Positions 29,253-38,719 of a stretch of DNA of 64,000 nt are shown one piece after another. The translations under genes and the position numbers were made by a program. The stretch spans positions 1,056,001-1,120,000 of the forward strand of contig CAVOVB010000001.1 in the NCBI GenBank assembly GCA_963699755.1, given 5' to 3'. Source of the DNA: an uncultured delta proteobacterium. GTDB lineage: Bacteria; Myxococcota_A; Polyangia; Polyangiales; Houyiibacteriaceae. Each line of letters opens with the position of its first letter. The first letter of the stretch is position 1. Below the pieces are notes generated by a model. That model did not search any database, was not told the origin of the DNA, and saw only the letters and a list, made by a program, of their open reading frames with translations.

Positions 29253-31340
29253 ATGACGGCCCTCGTCCAGGCAGCGCTTCGCGCAAGGCGGACCGCGCGG
29301 TCGACATGGGGAGCGGCGGCCGGCTTCCTGCTCGGCGCGTTCTTGCTAGCGGGTTTCTTTCTTCCCGAGCGCCATGGTTGGGGATGGGGACATCTGGCCT
29401 GGTTTGTGAGCTGGTTGTTGCTTTTCGGACATCGCGCTCGGAGCGCCTATCCAGAAGGCACGAACCCGAAGTCGGCGTTCGAGCTGGGCGTCCTGCTGCT
29501 CGTGGGCGTGCATGCCTTGATTCAGTTTCGTGGCGGGGTTGCCAGTGAGCTCTATCCGTTGAGCTATGTCGCCGTCGCGCTCGTGGCCGCGTTCGCCACG
29601 GGTCGGGCAGGCGTTGGGGTCGTGCTCTTCGCACTCGCGCTAGGATTCGCAGTCGCAGTCCTCGGCGAGCACGTTCGCGATCCCCTGCGCCTCGGCTTCA
29701 ACGCGCTCTTCACCGTAGGCTTTGGGGCGCTCAGCTATCTGTTCACGCGCGCCGAGATCGTTCGTGTGCGCCGCAAGTCCGCGCTCGAGCTCGAAGCACA
29801 GAAGGAAAAGGTCCGCGACGACACGCGACTCTTTCGTTTGGTTGCGCCCTCGTCGGGCGTGGCGAGGGACGAGGATCGCCTCTATCAAACCAGCGTCCAA
29901 GAGGTTCGCCAAGCGCTCTACCACGCTCTGCAGTTGCTCCACCAGACGCTGGACCTCCACACCTGCGTGCTGCTGATGCCAACGGGCGAAGAGGACGAGC
30001 TTACCATCGTCGAATCGGTCTCGGAGAGTGACGACCTTGCGGACGGCCCGTTTTCCCTCGGCGCGGGCGCGGTCGGAGCGGCCGTTCGCCGAAAGTTGAC
30101 CACCAACCTTCAACAGATTCGGCCCGGATACGCGGGCATTTGTTACTATCGGGGCCCAGCACCGATCCGTGCGTTCATCGCGGTGCCCGTCCTCGAGCGA
30201 GGCCATCTCCGGGCTGTCCTTTGCGCCGATCGCGTCGTCGACCGAGGCTTCAGCCCCGAGGAAGAGCAACTGCTCCGCGACAGCACCTCCCACGTCCTGC
30301 GTGCGTTCGAGAACGAACGCGTCTTCATGCAACTCGAGCGCTCGAAACTAGAGCAGGAAATCCTCTATCGGGTCTCCCAAGACCTCAGCACCGCACGGAC
30401 ACAAGACGCCGTCATGGAAGTGGGCCTCAAAGCGGCGCGAGAAATCGCGCCACACGACTTCGCCGCAGTGACCGAATACCAAGCGGAGGGCAGGCGCCAC
30501 AGCGTGCGACGCGCTTCGGGTGAGCGCGCGCTCGACTTTCAAGGCCTTCGCTTTCGCGACAACACTTCGCTCACGGCGATGGTCGTCAAGAACCGACACT
30601 ACCTGCCGTACCGTGGCGACTTCGATCCCAAACAGCAGGTGCTCTTCACCAAGAAGGCCAAGCTCAAAGGGATGGAGTCGCTTCTGGTTCTGCCATTGGT
30701 GGTGCGCGAGGAACCCATCGGTACGCTGATCGTTGCGGCCAAAGCGCCCGGCGCATTCGGAGCCCCGGTGCGCGCGACGCTGCAAGCGCTTTCGAACCAC
30801 CTCGCCGTTGCGATGGCCAACGCGCGGCTCGTTCGCCAACTCGAGGAGCTCGCCACGACCGACGGGCTGACCGGCTGCTTGAACAAGCGCGCGTTTCTCG
30901 ACCAGATGGAGCAGAAGCTTCTTGCAGCGCAGCGATTCGGCCGAAAGCTCTCCGTCATCGTGACCGACCTCGACCACTTCAAGGCCGTCAACGACACCTA
31001 CGGCCACGCAGCGGGTGACCGGGTTCTTCAAGAGCTCGGCCAGGTGCTCAGGCGGGTCAAACGGGAGACCGACCTCGTGGCGCGATTTGGCGGGGAAGAG
31101 TTTTGCGTGCTCTGCGAAGAAACCGACTCGCGCGGCGCTCAACTTCTCGCGGAGCGCGTTCGGGAAGAGCTGGCGGGCACCGAGCTCCAAACCGAGCTCG
31201 GCCCATTGAGGGTGACGGCCTCGCTTGGCGTCGCGACCTTCCCAGACCACGCATCGACCGCGCCGGATCTGTTCGCGCAGGGCGACAAGGCGCTCTACGA
31301 AGCAAAGCACCGCGGCCGCAACCGGGTCTGCACCGTCTAG
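29253..31340 (+). CDS. Membrane diguanylate cyclase TM-GAF-GAF-GGDEF (DmxA-like)
   Basis: N-terminal TMs, two GAF-like segments, TDGLTG.LN, DLDHFKAVNDTYGH, I-site RETD and intact GGEEF. Confidence 0.9.
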   Translation: MTALVQAALRARRTARSTWGAAAGFLLGAFLLAGFFLPERHGWGWGHLAWFVSWLLLFGHRARSAYPEGTNPKSAFELGVLLLVGVHALIQFRGGVASELYPLSYVAVALVAAFATGRAGVGVVLFALALGFAVAVLGEHVRDPLRLGFNALFTVGFGALSYLFTRAEIVRVRRKSALELEAQKEKVRDDTRLFRLVAPSSGVARDEDRLYQTSVQEVRQALYHALQLLHQTLDLHTCVLLMPTGEEDELTIVESVSESDDLADGPFSLGAGAVGAAVRRKLTTNLQQIRPGYAGICYYRGPAPIRAFIAVPVLERGHLRAVLCADRVVDRGFSPEEEQLLRDSTSHVLRAFENERVFMQLERSKLEQEILYRVSQDLSTARTQDAVMEVGLKAAREIAPHDFAAVTEYQAEGRRHSVRRASGERALDFQGLRFRDNTSLTAMVVKNRHYLPYRGDFDPKQQVLFTKKAKLKGMESLLVLPLVVREEPIGTLIVAAKAPGAFGAPVRATLQALSNHLAVAMANARLVRQLEELATTDGLTGCLNKRAFLDQMEQKLLAAQRFGRKLSVIVTDLDHFKAVNDTYGHAAGDRVLQELGQVLRRVKRETDLVARFGGEEFCVLCEETDSRGAQLLAERVREELAGTELQTELGPLRVTASLGVATFPDHASTAPDLFAQGDKALYEAKHRGRNRVCTV

Positions 31341-31362
31341 TCGGCTCCGGACGCTCAGCGCT

Positions 31363-31857
31363 TCAGGCGCGCTTGCGTTCGAGTGTTTCCGGGTCGAGCA
31401 TCCACTGGAAGCAGCCATTTGCTTCCGGACCTGCTTCGACGCTCAGCAGGCAAGCCGAGGCCGGTAGAAATGAAGGGGCCGTGGTGAGCCGGCCGAGGTG
31501 GGCAGCAAGCAGGCCTATCTTGGGCATGTGAGAGACCATGACGATGAGCTCGTCATCCTCGGCATCTTCGAACGGTTCGAGTACCTGCGCCATGGTGCCC
31601 TCTTCGGTCGAGAGCGCGCTCAGCACTTCGACGGGACCGTTGAAGCTGGGCTGGCTAGCGGCCAGCAGCTCGGCGGTTTGGACCGCGCGCACCAGCGGAC
31701 TCGTGTAGATACGCGAGTATCGCAGCTCCCACTTCACGAGCGCCTCGCCGACCAGAGACATCGTTTCCCGACCGTCCTTGGTCAGCCAGCGCTCGTAGTC
31801 GGTTTGCGCAGAGCGCGTATCGACCGCCTTTGCATGCCGCACCAACAGAATCTGCAT
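31363..31857 (-). CDS. sixA: SixA-type phosphohistidine phosphatase
   Basis: LVRHAKA, RWLT..G, TSPLVRAVQTAE, VSHMP. Confidence 0.85.
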   Translation of the reverse strand: MQILLVRHAKAVDTRSAQTDYERWLTKDGRETMSLVGEALVKWELRYSRIYTSPLVRAVQTAELLAASQPSFNGPVEVLSALSTEEGTMAQVLEPFEDAEDDELIVMVSHMPKIGLLAAHLGRLTTAPSFLPASACLLSVEAGPEANGCFQWMLDPETLERKRA

Positions 31858-31878
31858 GGTCGGAGCTTGGCACGCTGG

Positions 31879-33339
31879 CTAAGGCTCGTCCCGCAAATCA
31901 TGCGCAGAGAGCGCGAAAGCCTCCTCCGGGGCCAGCACGAGCCGGCGCCGCGCATAGACCGCAAACCAGAGAAGCCCGAGGCCGTACCAGACCGCCGCGC
32001 CGATCACGACCTTTTGATAGATCGGGTCGGTCACGAACAACGCCACCAGAGTCAGCAATGCAATGAGCAGCGCCACCACGGCGCCCGGTATCCCGAGCGG
32101 GCTTCGGTAGGGGCGTTCGATGTCGGGGAGGCGAACGCGCAGCAGAATGTACGATACCATCTGGAGCGCGTAGGCGATGACCGCCCCAAAGACTGCCATG
32201 TTGAGAAGCACGGCGCCGACCGGATGCTCGGGGCCGAGCGCATGAATGCCGTATGCGACGAGGTAGCCGAGCAGGGCGCCGACCAAAAGTGCAATGTGGG
32301 GCGTCTTGCGGCGAGGGTGCGTCCGCGAAAGCCAACGCGGGAAGTATCCCGCGCGCGAGAGCGAGAAGATCTGCCGGCCGTAGGCGAAGATGATGCTGTG
32401 AAAGCTCGCGATCAGCCCGGTCACCGCGACCAGGGCGAGAAGCCTTGCGCCGAGGCCCGAGCCGAAGATCGTCTTGAACCCCTCGAACAGCGGCTCAGCA
32501 GATGAGCCGAGCTTCGCGGAGCCGGGCGCGATGCCCGCATTCAAGAAGAGCGTGAGAAACGCGGCGATGATCAGGGTGAGCAGGCCGTAGAGCAGGCCGC
32601 GCGGCAAATCGCGGGCCGGCGCGTGGGCCTCCTCGGCGGCAAGCGGTAGCTGCTCGATTGCGAGGAAGAACCAGATCGCAAACGGAAGCGCGGAGAGGAT
32701 GCCGGCGCCTCCGAATGGGAGCCAGCGGTGATGGCCTTGCCCAGGCTCGATGTTGAGCGCCCAGTCGAGATCGAAGTGGGGAATCGCCGCGACCCAGAAC
32801 ACGACGAGCACACCGAGGGCCAGGGCCGTGATCACGACCGTGAAGCGAAAGGTCGTTTCCACGCCGGCGACGTTGAGGCCGAGGAAGGTTGCGTAGGCCG
32901 CGAGCCACCAGAGGGGCTCCATGCTTGTCGGGCTTCCGAAGATCGCGCCGAGATAGCCTCCGATGCCGACGACGATGACCGCGGGTGTCAGGATGTACTC
33001 CATGTTCTCGGCGAGGCCGGTGATGTACGCGCCCCAGGGGCCCATGGCCGATCGAGCGAACGAGTAGGCGCCGCCGGTATGCGGAAGAGCAGCAGCCATT
33101 TCGGCGATGCTGAAGCAGAGCCCGGCGTACATGACCGTGATGATCAGGGTCGCGATGAGAAGCCCGCCGAAGCCCCCGGAGGCCAGGCCGAAGTTCCAGC
33201 CGAAGAAATCCCCAGAAATCACCGCGCCGACCCCGAGCGCCCAGAGCGACCAGACGCCGGCATAGCGCCGCAAACCGCGGTTCGCGAAGTACTCCTCGGC
33301 GACGTGATCGTACCCGACCCCCTGGCCGTTCTTCTCCAT
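31879..33339 (-). CDS. APC-family permease, ethanolamine permease (Eat)-like
   Basis: ATG at 33339; LWALGVGAVISGDFFGWNFGL, PHTGGAYSFAR, FAIWFFLAIE, GLIASFHSII. Confidence 0.85.
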   Translation of the reverse strand: MEKNGQGVGYDHVAEEYFANRGLRRYAGVWSLWALGVGAVISGDFFGWNFGLASGGFGGLLIATLIITVMYAGLCFSIAEMAAALPHTGGAYSFARSAMGPWGAYITGLAENMEYILTPAVIVVGIGGYLGAIFGSPTSMEPLWWLAAYATFLGLNVAGVETTFRFTVVITALALGVLVVFWVAAIPHFDLDWALNIEPGQGHHRWLPFGGAGILSALPFAIWFFLAIEQLPLAAEEAHAPARDLPRGLLYGLLTLIIAAFLTLFLNAGIAPGSAKLGSSAEPLFEGFKTIFGSGLGARLLALVAVTGLIASFHSIIFAYGRQIFSLSRAGYFPRWLSRTHPRRKTPHIALLVGALLGYLVAYGIHALGPEHPVGAVLLNMAVFGAVIAYALQMVSYILLRVRLPDIERPYRSPLGIPGAVVALLIALLTLVALFVTDPIYQKVVIGAAVWYGLGLLWFAVYARRRLVLAPEEAFALSAHDLRDEP

Positions 33340-33386
33340 GGCGCGGAGTGTAGCGGTTTGTCGAGACTGGCGATAAGGTTCCGCGC

Positions 33387-34307
33387 ATGTTGCCGATCGA
33401 TCTTTCGGGCAAGCGAGCCTTCGTTGCAGGTGTGGCTGACGACGGCGGCTTTGGCTTTGCGATCGCCAAGGCCCTTGCCGTGGCCGGTGCTTCGGTCTGC
33501 GTAGGCACCTGGCCGCCGGCGCTCGGAATCTTCGAGACCTTGCTCCGCCGCGGAAAGCTCGACGCTTCTTTGCAGATGCCCGACGGCAGCAAGCTCGAGC
33601 TCGAAAGGATTTATCCACTCGATGCCGAGTTCGATTCGCTCGAAGATGCGCCTCGGGAGCTCTGTGAGCAGAAGCGCTACCGGGAGCGGGGCGACTTCAG
33701 CATCGACGGAGTGGCCCAGAAGCTACGCGAAGACTTCGGTGGCGCTTGCCTCGACATCGTCGTCCACAGCCTCGCCAACGGACCCGAGGTCAACAAGCCC
33801 TTGATGCAGACGAGCCGAAAGGGCTACCTCGCTGCGCACGGCGCCAGCGCGTACTCGTTCGTCTCGATCGCCCAGCGATTCGGGCCTTTGATGCGCGACC
33901 AAGGGGCGCTCCTCGGCCTTACGTATCTCGCCAGCCAGGGCGTCGTTGCCGACTATGGCGGGGGGATGGCCTCGGCGAAGGCCGCTCTCGAGGCCGATGC
34001 CCGGATGCTCGCGTTCGAGCTGGGTCGAGCCAGGGGGCATCGAGTCAACCTGATCTCAGCGGGCCCGTACGCGTCGCGCGCGGCATCGGCAATCGGCTTC
34101 ATCCACAAGATGATCGAGTACTACGAGATGAACGCCCCCTTGGCCGATGCGCTCCGCGCCGAAGAGGTCGGCCATGCGGCGGCATTTCTCTGTAGCCCGC
34201 TCGCCAGTGGGATCACCGGCACGGTTCTCTACGTCGACAAGGGCTATCACGCGATGGCAGCGCCCGCCGACGTCGGCGGCTTGATCGACCGGTTGGTCGG
34301 CGACTAG
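33387..34307 (+). CDS. fabI: Enoyl-ACP reductase, plant/Chlamydia-type FabI
   Basis: LPIDLSGKRAFVAGVADDGGFG, VGTWPPAL, VHSLANGPEV, YGGGMASAKAALE, ISAGP.ASRAA.AIGFI. Confidence 0.92.
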   Translation: MLPIDLSGKRAFVAGVADDGGFGFAIAKALAVAGASVCVGTWPPALGIFETLLRRGKLDASLQMPDGSKLELERIYPLDAEFDSLEDAPRELCEQKRYRERGDFSIDGVAQKLREDFGGACLDIVVHSLANGPEVNKPLMQTSRKGYLAAHGASAYSFVSIAQRFGPLMRDQGALLGLTYLASQGVVADYGGGMASAKAALEADARMLAFELGRARGHRVNLISAGPYASRAASAIGFIHKMIEYYEMNAPLADALRAEEVGHAAAFLCSPLASGITGTVLYVDKGYHAMAAPADVGGLIDRLVGD

Positions 34308-35272
34308 GCGGCGACCATCTCGTGCTGAACGGTCGGTCGGATGCTGCTCGTGTCCGTGCTGACTTTCAGTGTGGCGACCAGCTCGCGTTCGGTCTGAATG
34401 CGTTCGGCGAGCCAAGGGTCGAGAGCACGCATCAGGGCTCGGGCCGAAGGATGGCGAGCTGCGGGCATTCGGCTCATGAGCTTTGCGACCAGGCGGTCCA
34501 TCTGCTCGTCCACGTAGGCTGAGAAGCACCGCGCCCGCGGCGCGTCTTCGCGGATGATGCGGCGGAGGACGGCAGTCACGTCGGACCCCGTGTATGGAAG
34601 CTTGCCGGTCAGGGCTTCGAACATCGTGACGCCAATCGCGAAAAGGTCGGCCCGGGCGTCGACAAACGGGTTGCCGCTCGCCTGCTCCGGGGAGGAATAG
34701 CTCGGGGTGCCATAGACCCGGCCTCGCTCCCTTGCGCGCTCATCGGCCGGCGCGGACTCCGCGGCGCAGACACCAAAGTCGATGAGGTGCACCTCGAGCT
34801 CGCCGTAGCCAGCCCGATTGAGGAGAATGTGCTCGGGCTTGATGTCTCGATGCACGTAGCCGTGCCGATGCACGCTGTGCAGAATTGACGCCAGCCGCGC
34901 CATGATCACCGAAATCTGTGCGCCATTGAGCGGCCCGCAGCGCCGCAGATACGAGGCAAGGCTCTCCGAGCGCATGTGCTTCATCACCAGGTATGGCGAT
35001 TCGTCGTAGAGCGTGCCGTGGTCGATCACCGGGACGATGCCGGGGTGAAAGACGCGACGCGCAACCTCGATTTCACGCCGCACGCGGCTCATCAGATCGG
35101 GATTTCCACAGTGTGTCGGCCGGAGCATCTTGATGACCACCCGTTCGAGGGTCGCCAGGCGCTCGGCCTCGAACACGATCCCCGTGCCGCCCATGCCAAT
35201 CGCGTTCCCGATTCGATAGCGCCCATCGAGAATCTGCCCCCGAAGCTCGCCGCGCTCAGCCTGTGCCGCCAT
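34304..35272 (-). CDS. Hanks-type Ser/Thr protein kinase (cytoplasmic)
   Basis: IGMGGTGIV, VIK, HRDIKPEH, DFG, GTPSYSSPEQ, DLFAIG; no TM. Confidence 0.93.
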   Translation of the reverse strand: MAAQAERGELRGQILDGRYRIGNAIGMGGTGIVFEAERLATLERVVIKMLRPTHCGNPDLMSRVRREIEVARRVFHPGIVPVIDHGTLYDESPYLVMKHMRSESLASYLRRCGPLNGAQISVIMARLASILHSVHRHGYVHRDIKPEHILLNRAGYGELEVHLIDFGVCAAESAPADERARERGRVYGTPSYSSPEQASGNPFVDARADLFAIGVTMFEALTGKLPYTGSDVTAVLRRIIREDAPRARCFSAYVDEQMDRLVAKLMSRMPAARHPSARALMRALDPWLAERIQTERELVATLKVSTDTSSIRPTVQHEMVAA

Positions 35273-35395
35273 AGGGCTGAAGGTTCAGGCGGCAGGGTCG
35301 TTTCCGTCAAAAAAGCTGCAAATTAGGGGGGGGTGGCTTGAGGGGTGGGGGTAAGCTGGTTGCGTGGTTTGGTTTGTTTGGTTACACCGCCCGCC

Positions 35396-35507
35396 CGCCC
35401 CCACCCGTAGTCCTCCCTGGCGCGGCGGTCGCTGCGCTCCGCCTTGCCGGCGCGTTGCACCGGGCTTCGCCCTGCGGGCTCGCGCTGCCGCCTGCTGGTT
35501 GGGGGCG
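35396..35507. repeat. Intergenic nested palindromic element (REP/REPIN-like)
   Basis: CGCCCCCACCCGTAG pairs imperfectly with CTGCTGGTTGGGGGCG; inner hairpins GGCGG-TCGCTGCGCT-CCGCC and GCCC-TGC-GGGC. Confidence 0.5.
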
Positions 35508-35513
35508 CAGTGC

Positions 35514-36431
35514 TCAGCGCGCCGTGCGGAAGCTGTTGATCGTCTCGCGCTCGTCGTATTGGTAAGCGAACCGCGTCGCCCGCCGGAACGGGTCGCTATC
35601 GACTACGATGGGGTACTTCAGGTGATCGATCGCACCGGCCGGAAGGTGAGGTAGGCCCAGGCGGCCTAGGCCGAGCTTGAATATCGCCTCGGGCACCGGG
35701 AGCGGCCGGCGGCCGGCCGCTCGCACGATCGTCGCGAGCGGCACCGGCGTTGGGCCGGAGACATTGTAGATTCCGTGAAGCTTGTGGGCGAGGGCGCAGA
35801 CGATCGCTTCGGCTGCGTCTTGCTCGTGCATGAACTGAAAGAGCGGGTCGAAACCCATGATCAGCGGCACGTTCGGGCCGTGCAGAAACGAGGCGAGCGT
35901 TCCGTGCTTGCTGGGGCCGAGGGTGTAGACGATGCGCAACACCGCGGTCGTGATTTCCGGGTAGCGCCAAAGAGAAGAGACCGCGTACAAGTCCGCCGCG
36001 ACGAGGTCGGCGAGCTCGGGGAAGGAGTGCGTCGACATCGGCGGCTCGTCTTCGGTGTGGTAGAGCGGCGAGTCCGCCGCAGCCCCATAGAACGTGTGTC
36101 GACCGACAAAAACCGCCTGTTTCACGCCATAGCTCTGGCAGTGATGAATGAAGGCGCGGGTGCCGTAGAGGTTCACGCGCATTCGGTCGGGGCTTTGCTT
36201 CACGAGGTGGGTGACTGTGGCCATGTGGATCGCGGCGTCGGGCCGGTGGGTTCGGAACACTTCTTCGGCAGGCCGCTTGCGGATGTCGGCCTGGAAGAGC
36301 TCGATCTCCTCGGGCGCTTCTGGCCAGGGCCGGCGATCGATCCCGATCACCTGGTATCCGCGGCGGAGAAGATTGAGCGCGGTCAAGCGCCCTATCGTCC
36401 CCGCGATGCCCGTGATCAAGACCTTCGTCAC
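35514..36431 (-). CDS. NAD-dependent epimerase/dehydratase (extended SDR)
   Basis: ITGIAGTIG Rossmann motif, [21 protein letters not shown]; coupled to the acyltransferase (GTGA). Confidence 0.88.
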   Translation of the reverse strand: MTKVLITGIAGTIGRLTALNLLRRGYQVIGIDRRPWPEAPEEIELFQADIRKRPAEEVFRTHRPDAAIHMATVTHLVKQSPDRMRVNLYGTRAFIHHCQSYGVKQAVFVGRHTFYGAAADSPLYHTEDEPPMSTHSFPELADLVAADLYAVSSLWRYPEITTAVLRIVYTLGPSKHGTLASFLHGPNVPLIMGFDPLFQFMHEQDAAEAIVCALAHKLHGIYNVSGPTPVPLATIVRAAGRRPLPVPEAIFKLGLGRLGLPHLPAGAIDHLKYPIVVDSDPFRRATRFAYQYDERETINSFRTAR

Positions 36432-37264
36432 AGGACGAGATCCTCTTCCGAGATCTGTTTCTCTCGGAGCTGACGTCCTTGACGGATCAGGTCGGCAATT
36501 CGTTCCTTCACCTGGTCGACCTTTTCAGCCACCACCTCGTCACGTTCGTGCCCGGTGCCTTCGAAGACCATCGGCTTGCCGTAGAGGAGCTGAAAGCGCG
36601 TCGGCTTTGGGATGAGCAAGCCCCATTTCGTCACGGGCACGTATGGAACACCGAAGAGTCGACCGAGTCGCTTGAGATTGGCGATCGTGGGTAGCGCCTC
36701 TCCGCCTCCGACGAAGCCGAAGGGCACGATGGGGCTCTTGGTTTCCAGAGCGAGTCGCATGAATCCAGTGCCGAAATCCACAAGTGAATCCGCGTCCTTT
36801 GCGAGCTTCGCGGTTCCTCGAGCCCCTTCGGGGAAGGCCAGGATGAGCCGACCGGCATTGAGTAGGCGTTTGGCTTGATCCGGATTCCCGGTGAATTGCC
36901 CCGTCCTGCTCATGAACTGCGAAGCGCCAGGAAACTGGTGGATGAACTTGTCGAGCATCGCATGGGGGAGCCGCGGCGGCTCCGCGTCGAGCAGCATCGA
37001 GCCCATGACCATCGCGCCGTCGATCGCGACTCCGCCCGAATGGTTTCCCACGAGGACGGCCCTCCCCTTTGGCGGCACGTTCTCGAGGCCGAACACATCG
37101 ACTTTGAAGTAGAAGCGATAGATCCAGGCGAACGCCGAGACGAATCGGGTCAGATCGCTCTTGTCGATCCCATATGGGTCGATCCCGAACTTGTTGAATT
37201 CGAGATCGAGCGCCTCGATGCGGGCGGCGACTTCGGGATCGATGGGAAGAAGGTTATCGAGCAA
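36428..37264 (-). CDS. Lysophospholipid/glycerol acyltransferase (PlsC-like)
   Basis: NHSGGVAID (HX4D-like), [17 protein letters not shown]. Confidence 0.9.
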   Translation of the reverse strand: MLDNLLPIDPEVAARIEALDLEFNKFGIDPYGIDKSDLTRFVSAFAWIYRFYFKVDVFGLENVPPKGRAVLVGNHSGGVAIDGAMVMGSMLLDAEPPRLPHAMLDKFIHQFPGASQFMSRTGQFTGNPDQAKRLLNAGRLILAFPEGARGTAKLAKDADSLVDFGTGFMRLALETKSPIVPFGFVGGGEALPTIANLKRLGRLFGVPYVPVTKWGLLIPKPTRFQLLYGKPMVFEGTGHERDEVVAEKVDQVKERIADLIRQGRQLREKQISEEDLVL

Positions 37265-37318
37265 ATCGGCCTCGGCTTGTCCCGCGATCTTTATGCGCCG
37301 AACGCGAAGAACGCAATC

Positions 37319-38689
37319 TCAGTCCGAGCCAGGCTTGCGGATTCCGAGAGCGCGCATCTTTTTGTAGAGATGGCTCCGCTCGAGGCCGAGGTCAGCGGCG
37401 GTCTTGGTCACATGCCCATTTCGGAGCTCGAGGGCGCGCGTGATCAGGTCCCGCTCGGCCGCGTCGAGCATCTCGCGGAGGGGCGTTTCCGGCCGAAAGT
37501 ATCTGCCAGAGGCCGCTCCTGAGTCGCTTGGAACCAAGGCCCGGGCCTCGACTTCGCTGATGGTCTCGCCCGGAGTCAGGATGACCAAGCGCTCGACCAG
37601 ATTGCGCAGCTCTCTGACGTTCCCGGGGTAGGGATATGCTTTGAGCAGCTGCATCGCCCCGGGCGTGATCCGCTTTCCGGGCCGGTCGTGGCTCTCACAG
37701 GCCAGTGCGAGGAAGTGCTCGACCAGGAGCGGAACGTCCTCGAGCCGCGCCGCGAGCGCTGGAACCTGCAGCGGCACGACGTTGAGCCGGTCATACAGGT
37801 CCGCGCGAAACCTCCCTGCATCGATCTCCAGTTCGAGCGACTTGTTCGTCGCGGCGACGACCCGCACGTCGACCTTCACGACTGACGCTGCGCCCACCCG
37901 CTCGAGCTCTCCTTCTTGCAAGACCCGCAGGAGCTTCGCCTGCATCTGCGGCGGCATGTCACCCACCTCGTCGAGGAAAAGCGTTCCCTCGTGCGCACGT
38001 TCGAACTTTCCACGCCGTTGCTTCGTGGCGCCCGTGAATGCACCGGCTTCATGCCCGAAGAGCTCGCTTTCGATCAGGCCTTCGGGGACGGCCGCGCAGT
38101 TGAGCTTTTCGAAGGGCCCACTCGCTCGGGCAGAACCAGCGTGAATCGCTGCGGCCACCAGCTCTTTGCCGGTGCCTCGCTCTCCGAGGACCAAGACCGG
38201 CGCGCTCGAGCGAGCCGCCAGCGCGATCTGTTCTCGGAGCCTTTTCATCCGCCGGCTATGCCCAAGCAGAGAGTCCCCGGGCCCATACCGCCGCCGCAGC
38301 TCTCGATTCTCCTGCTGAAGCTCCCGCAGCTCGAGGCTTCGCTTGAGCGAGAGCAGCAGGCGCTCGGTCCCGATCGGCTTCTCTATGAAATCGTCGGCTC
38401 CACGCCGGGTCGCCTCCATCGCGACTTCGATCGTCGCATGCCCGCTCATCATGATGACCGGGGTCGTGACCTCTCGGCTGCGGAGCTCGTCCAGCATGGC
38501 GAGCCCGTCGATTCCGGGCAGCTGTACGTCGAGCAGAATTGCGTCGAAGCTCTGTTTGGAGAGCTTGTCGAGCGCGATTTCGGCGCTGCCGGCAACCTCT
38601 ACCTCGTAGCCTTCGAGGCCGAGCGCGCGCGAAACGGAAGTCAAGATGTTTCGTTCGTCGTCGACGACGAGCACCATCGCGGCCACCAT
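37319..38689 (-). CDS. Sigma54-dependent response regulator (REC-AAA+-HTH), NtrX-like
   Basis: REC (LDVQLP), GERGTGKE, GAFTGA, FLDEVGD, PGNVREL, ERSHLYKK. Confidence 0.93.
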   Translation of the reverse strand: MVAAMVLVVDDERNILTSVSRALGLEGYEVEVAGSAEIALDKLSKQSFDAILLDVQLPGIDGLAMLDELRSREVTTPVIMMSGHATIEVAMEATRRGADDFIEKPIGTERLLLSLKRSLELRELQQENRELRRRYGPGDSLLGHSRRMKRLREQIALAARSSAPVLVLGERGTGKELVAAAIHAGSARASGPFEKLNCAAVPEGLIESELFGHEAGAFTGATKQRRGKFERAHEGTLFLDEVGDMPPQMQAKLLRVLQEGELERVGAASVVKVDVRVVAATNKSLELEIDAGRFRADLYDRLNVVPLQVPALAARLEDVPLLVEHFLALACESHDRPGKRITPGAMQLLKAYPYPGNVRELRNLVERLVILTPGETISEVEARALVPSDSGAASGRYFRPETPLREMLDAAERDLITRALELRNGHVTKTAADLGLERSHLYKKMRALGIRKPGSD

Positions 38690-38719
38690 GGAGCTACGTT
38701 AGCACAGCGCGCAACACGC

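Noticed and set aside
28801..29634. N-terminal extension making HrcA 630 aa
   Set aside because: Overlaps ftsB and the DGC on the other strand; HrcA homology starts near 28800, right after a good promoter.
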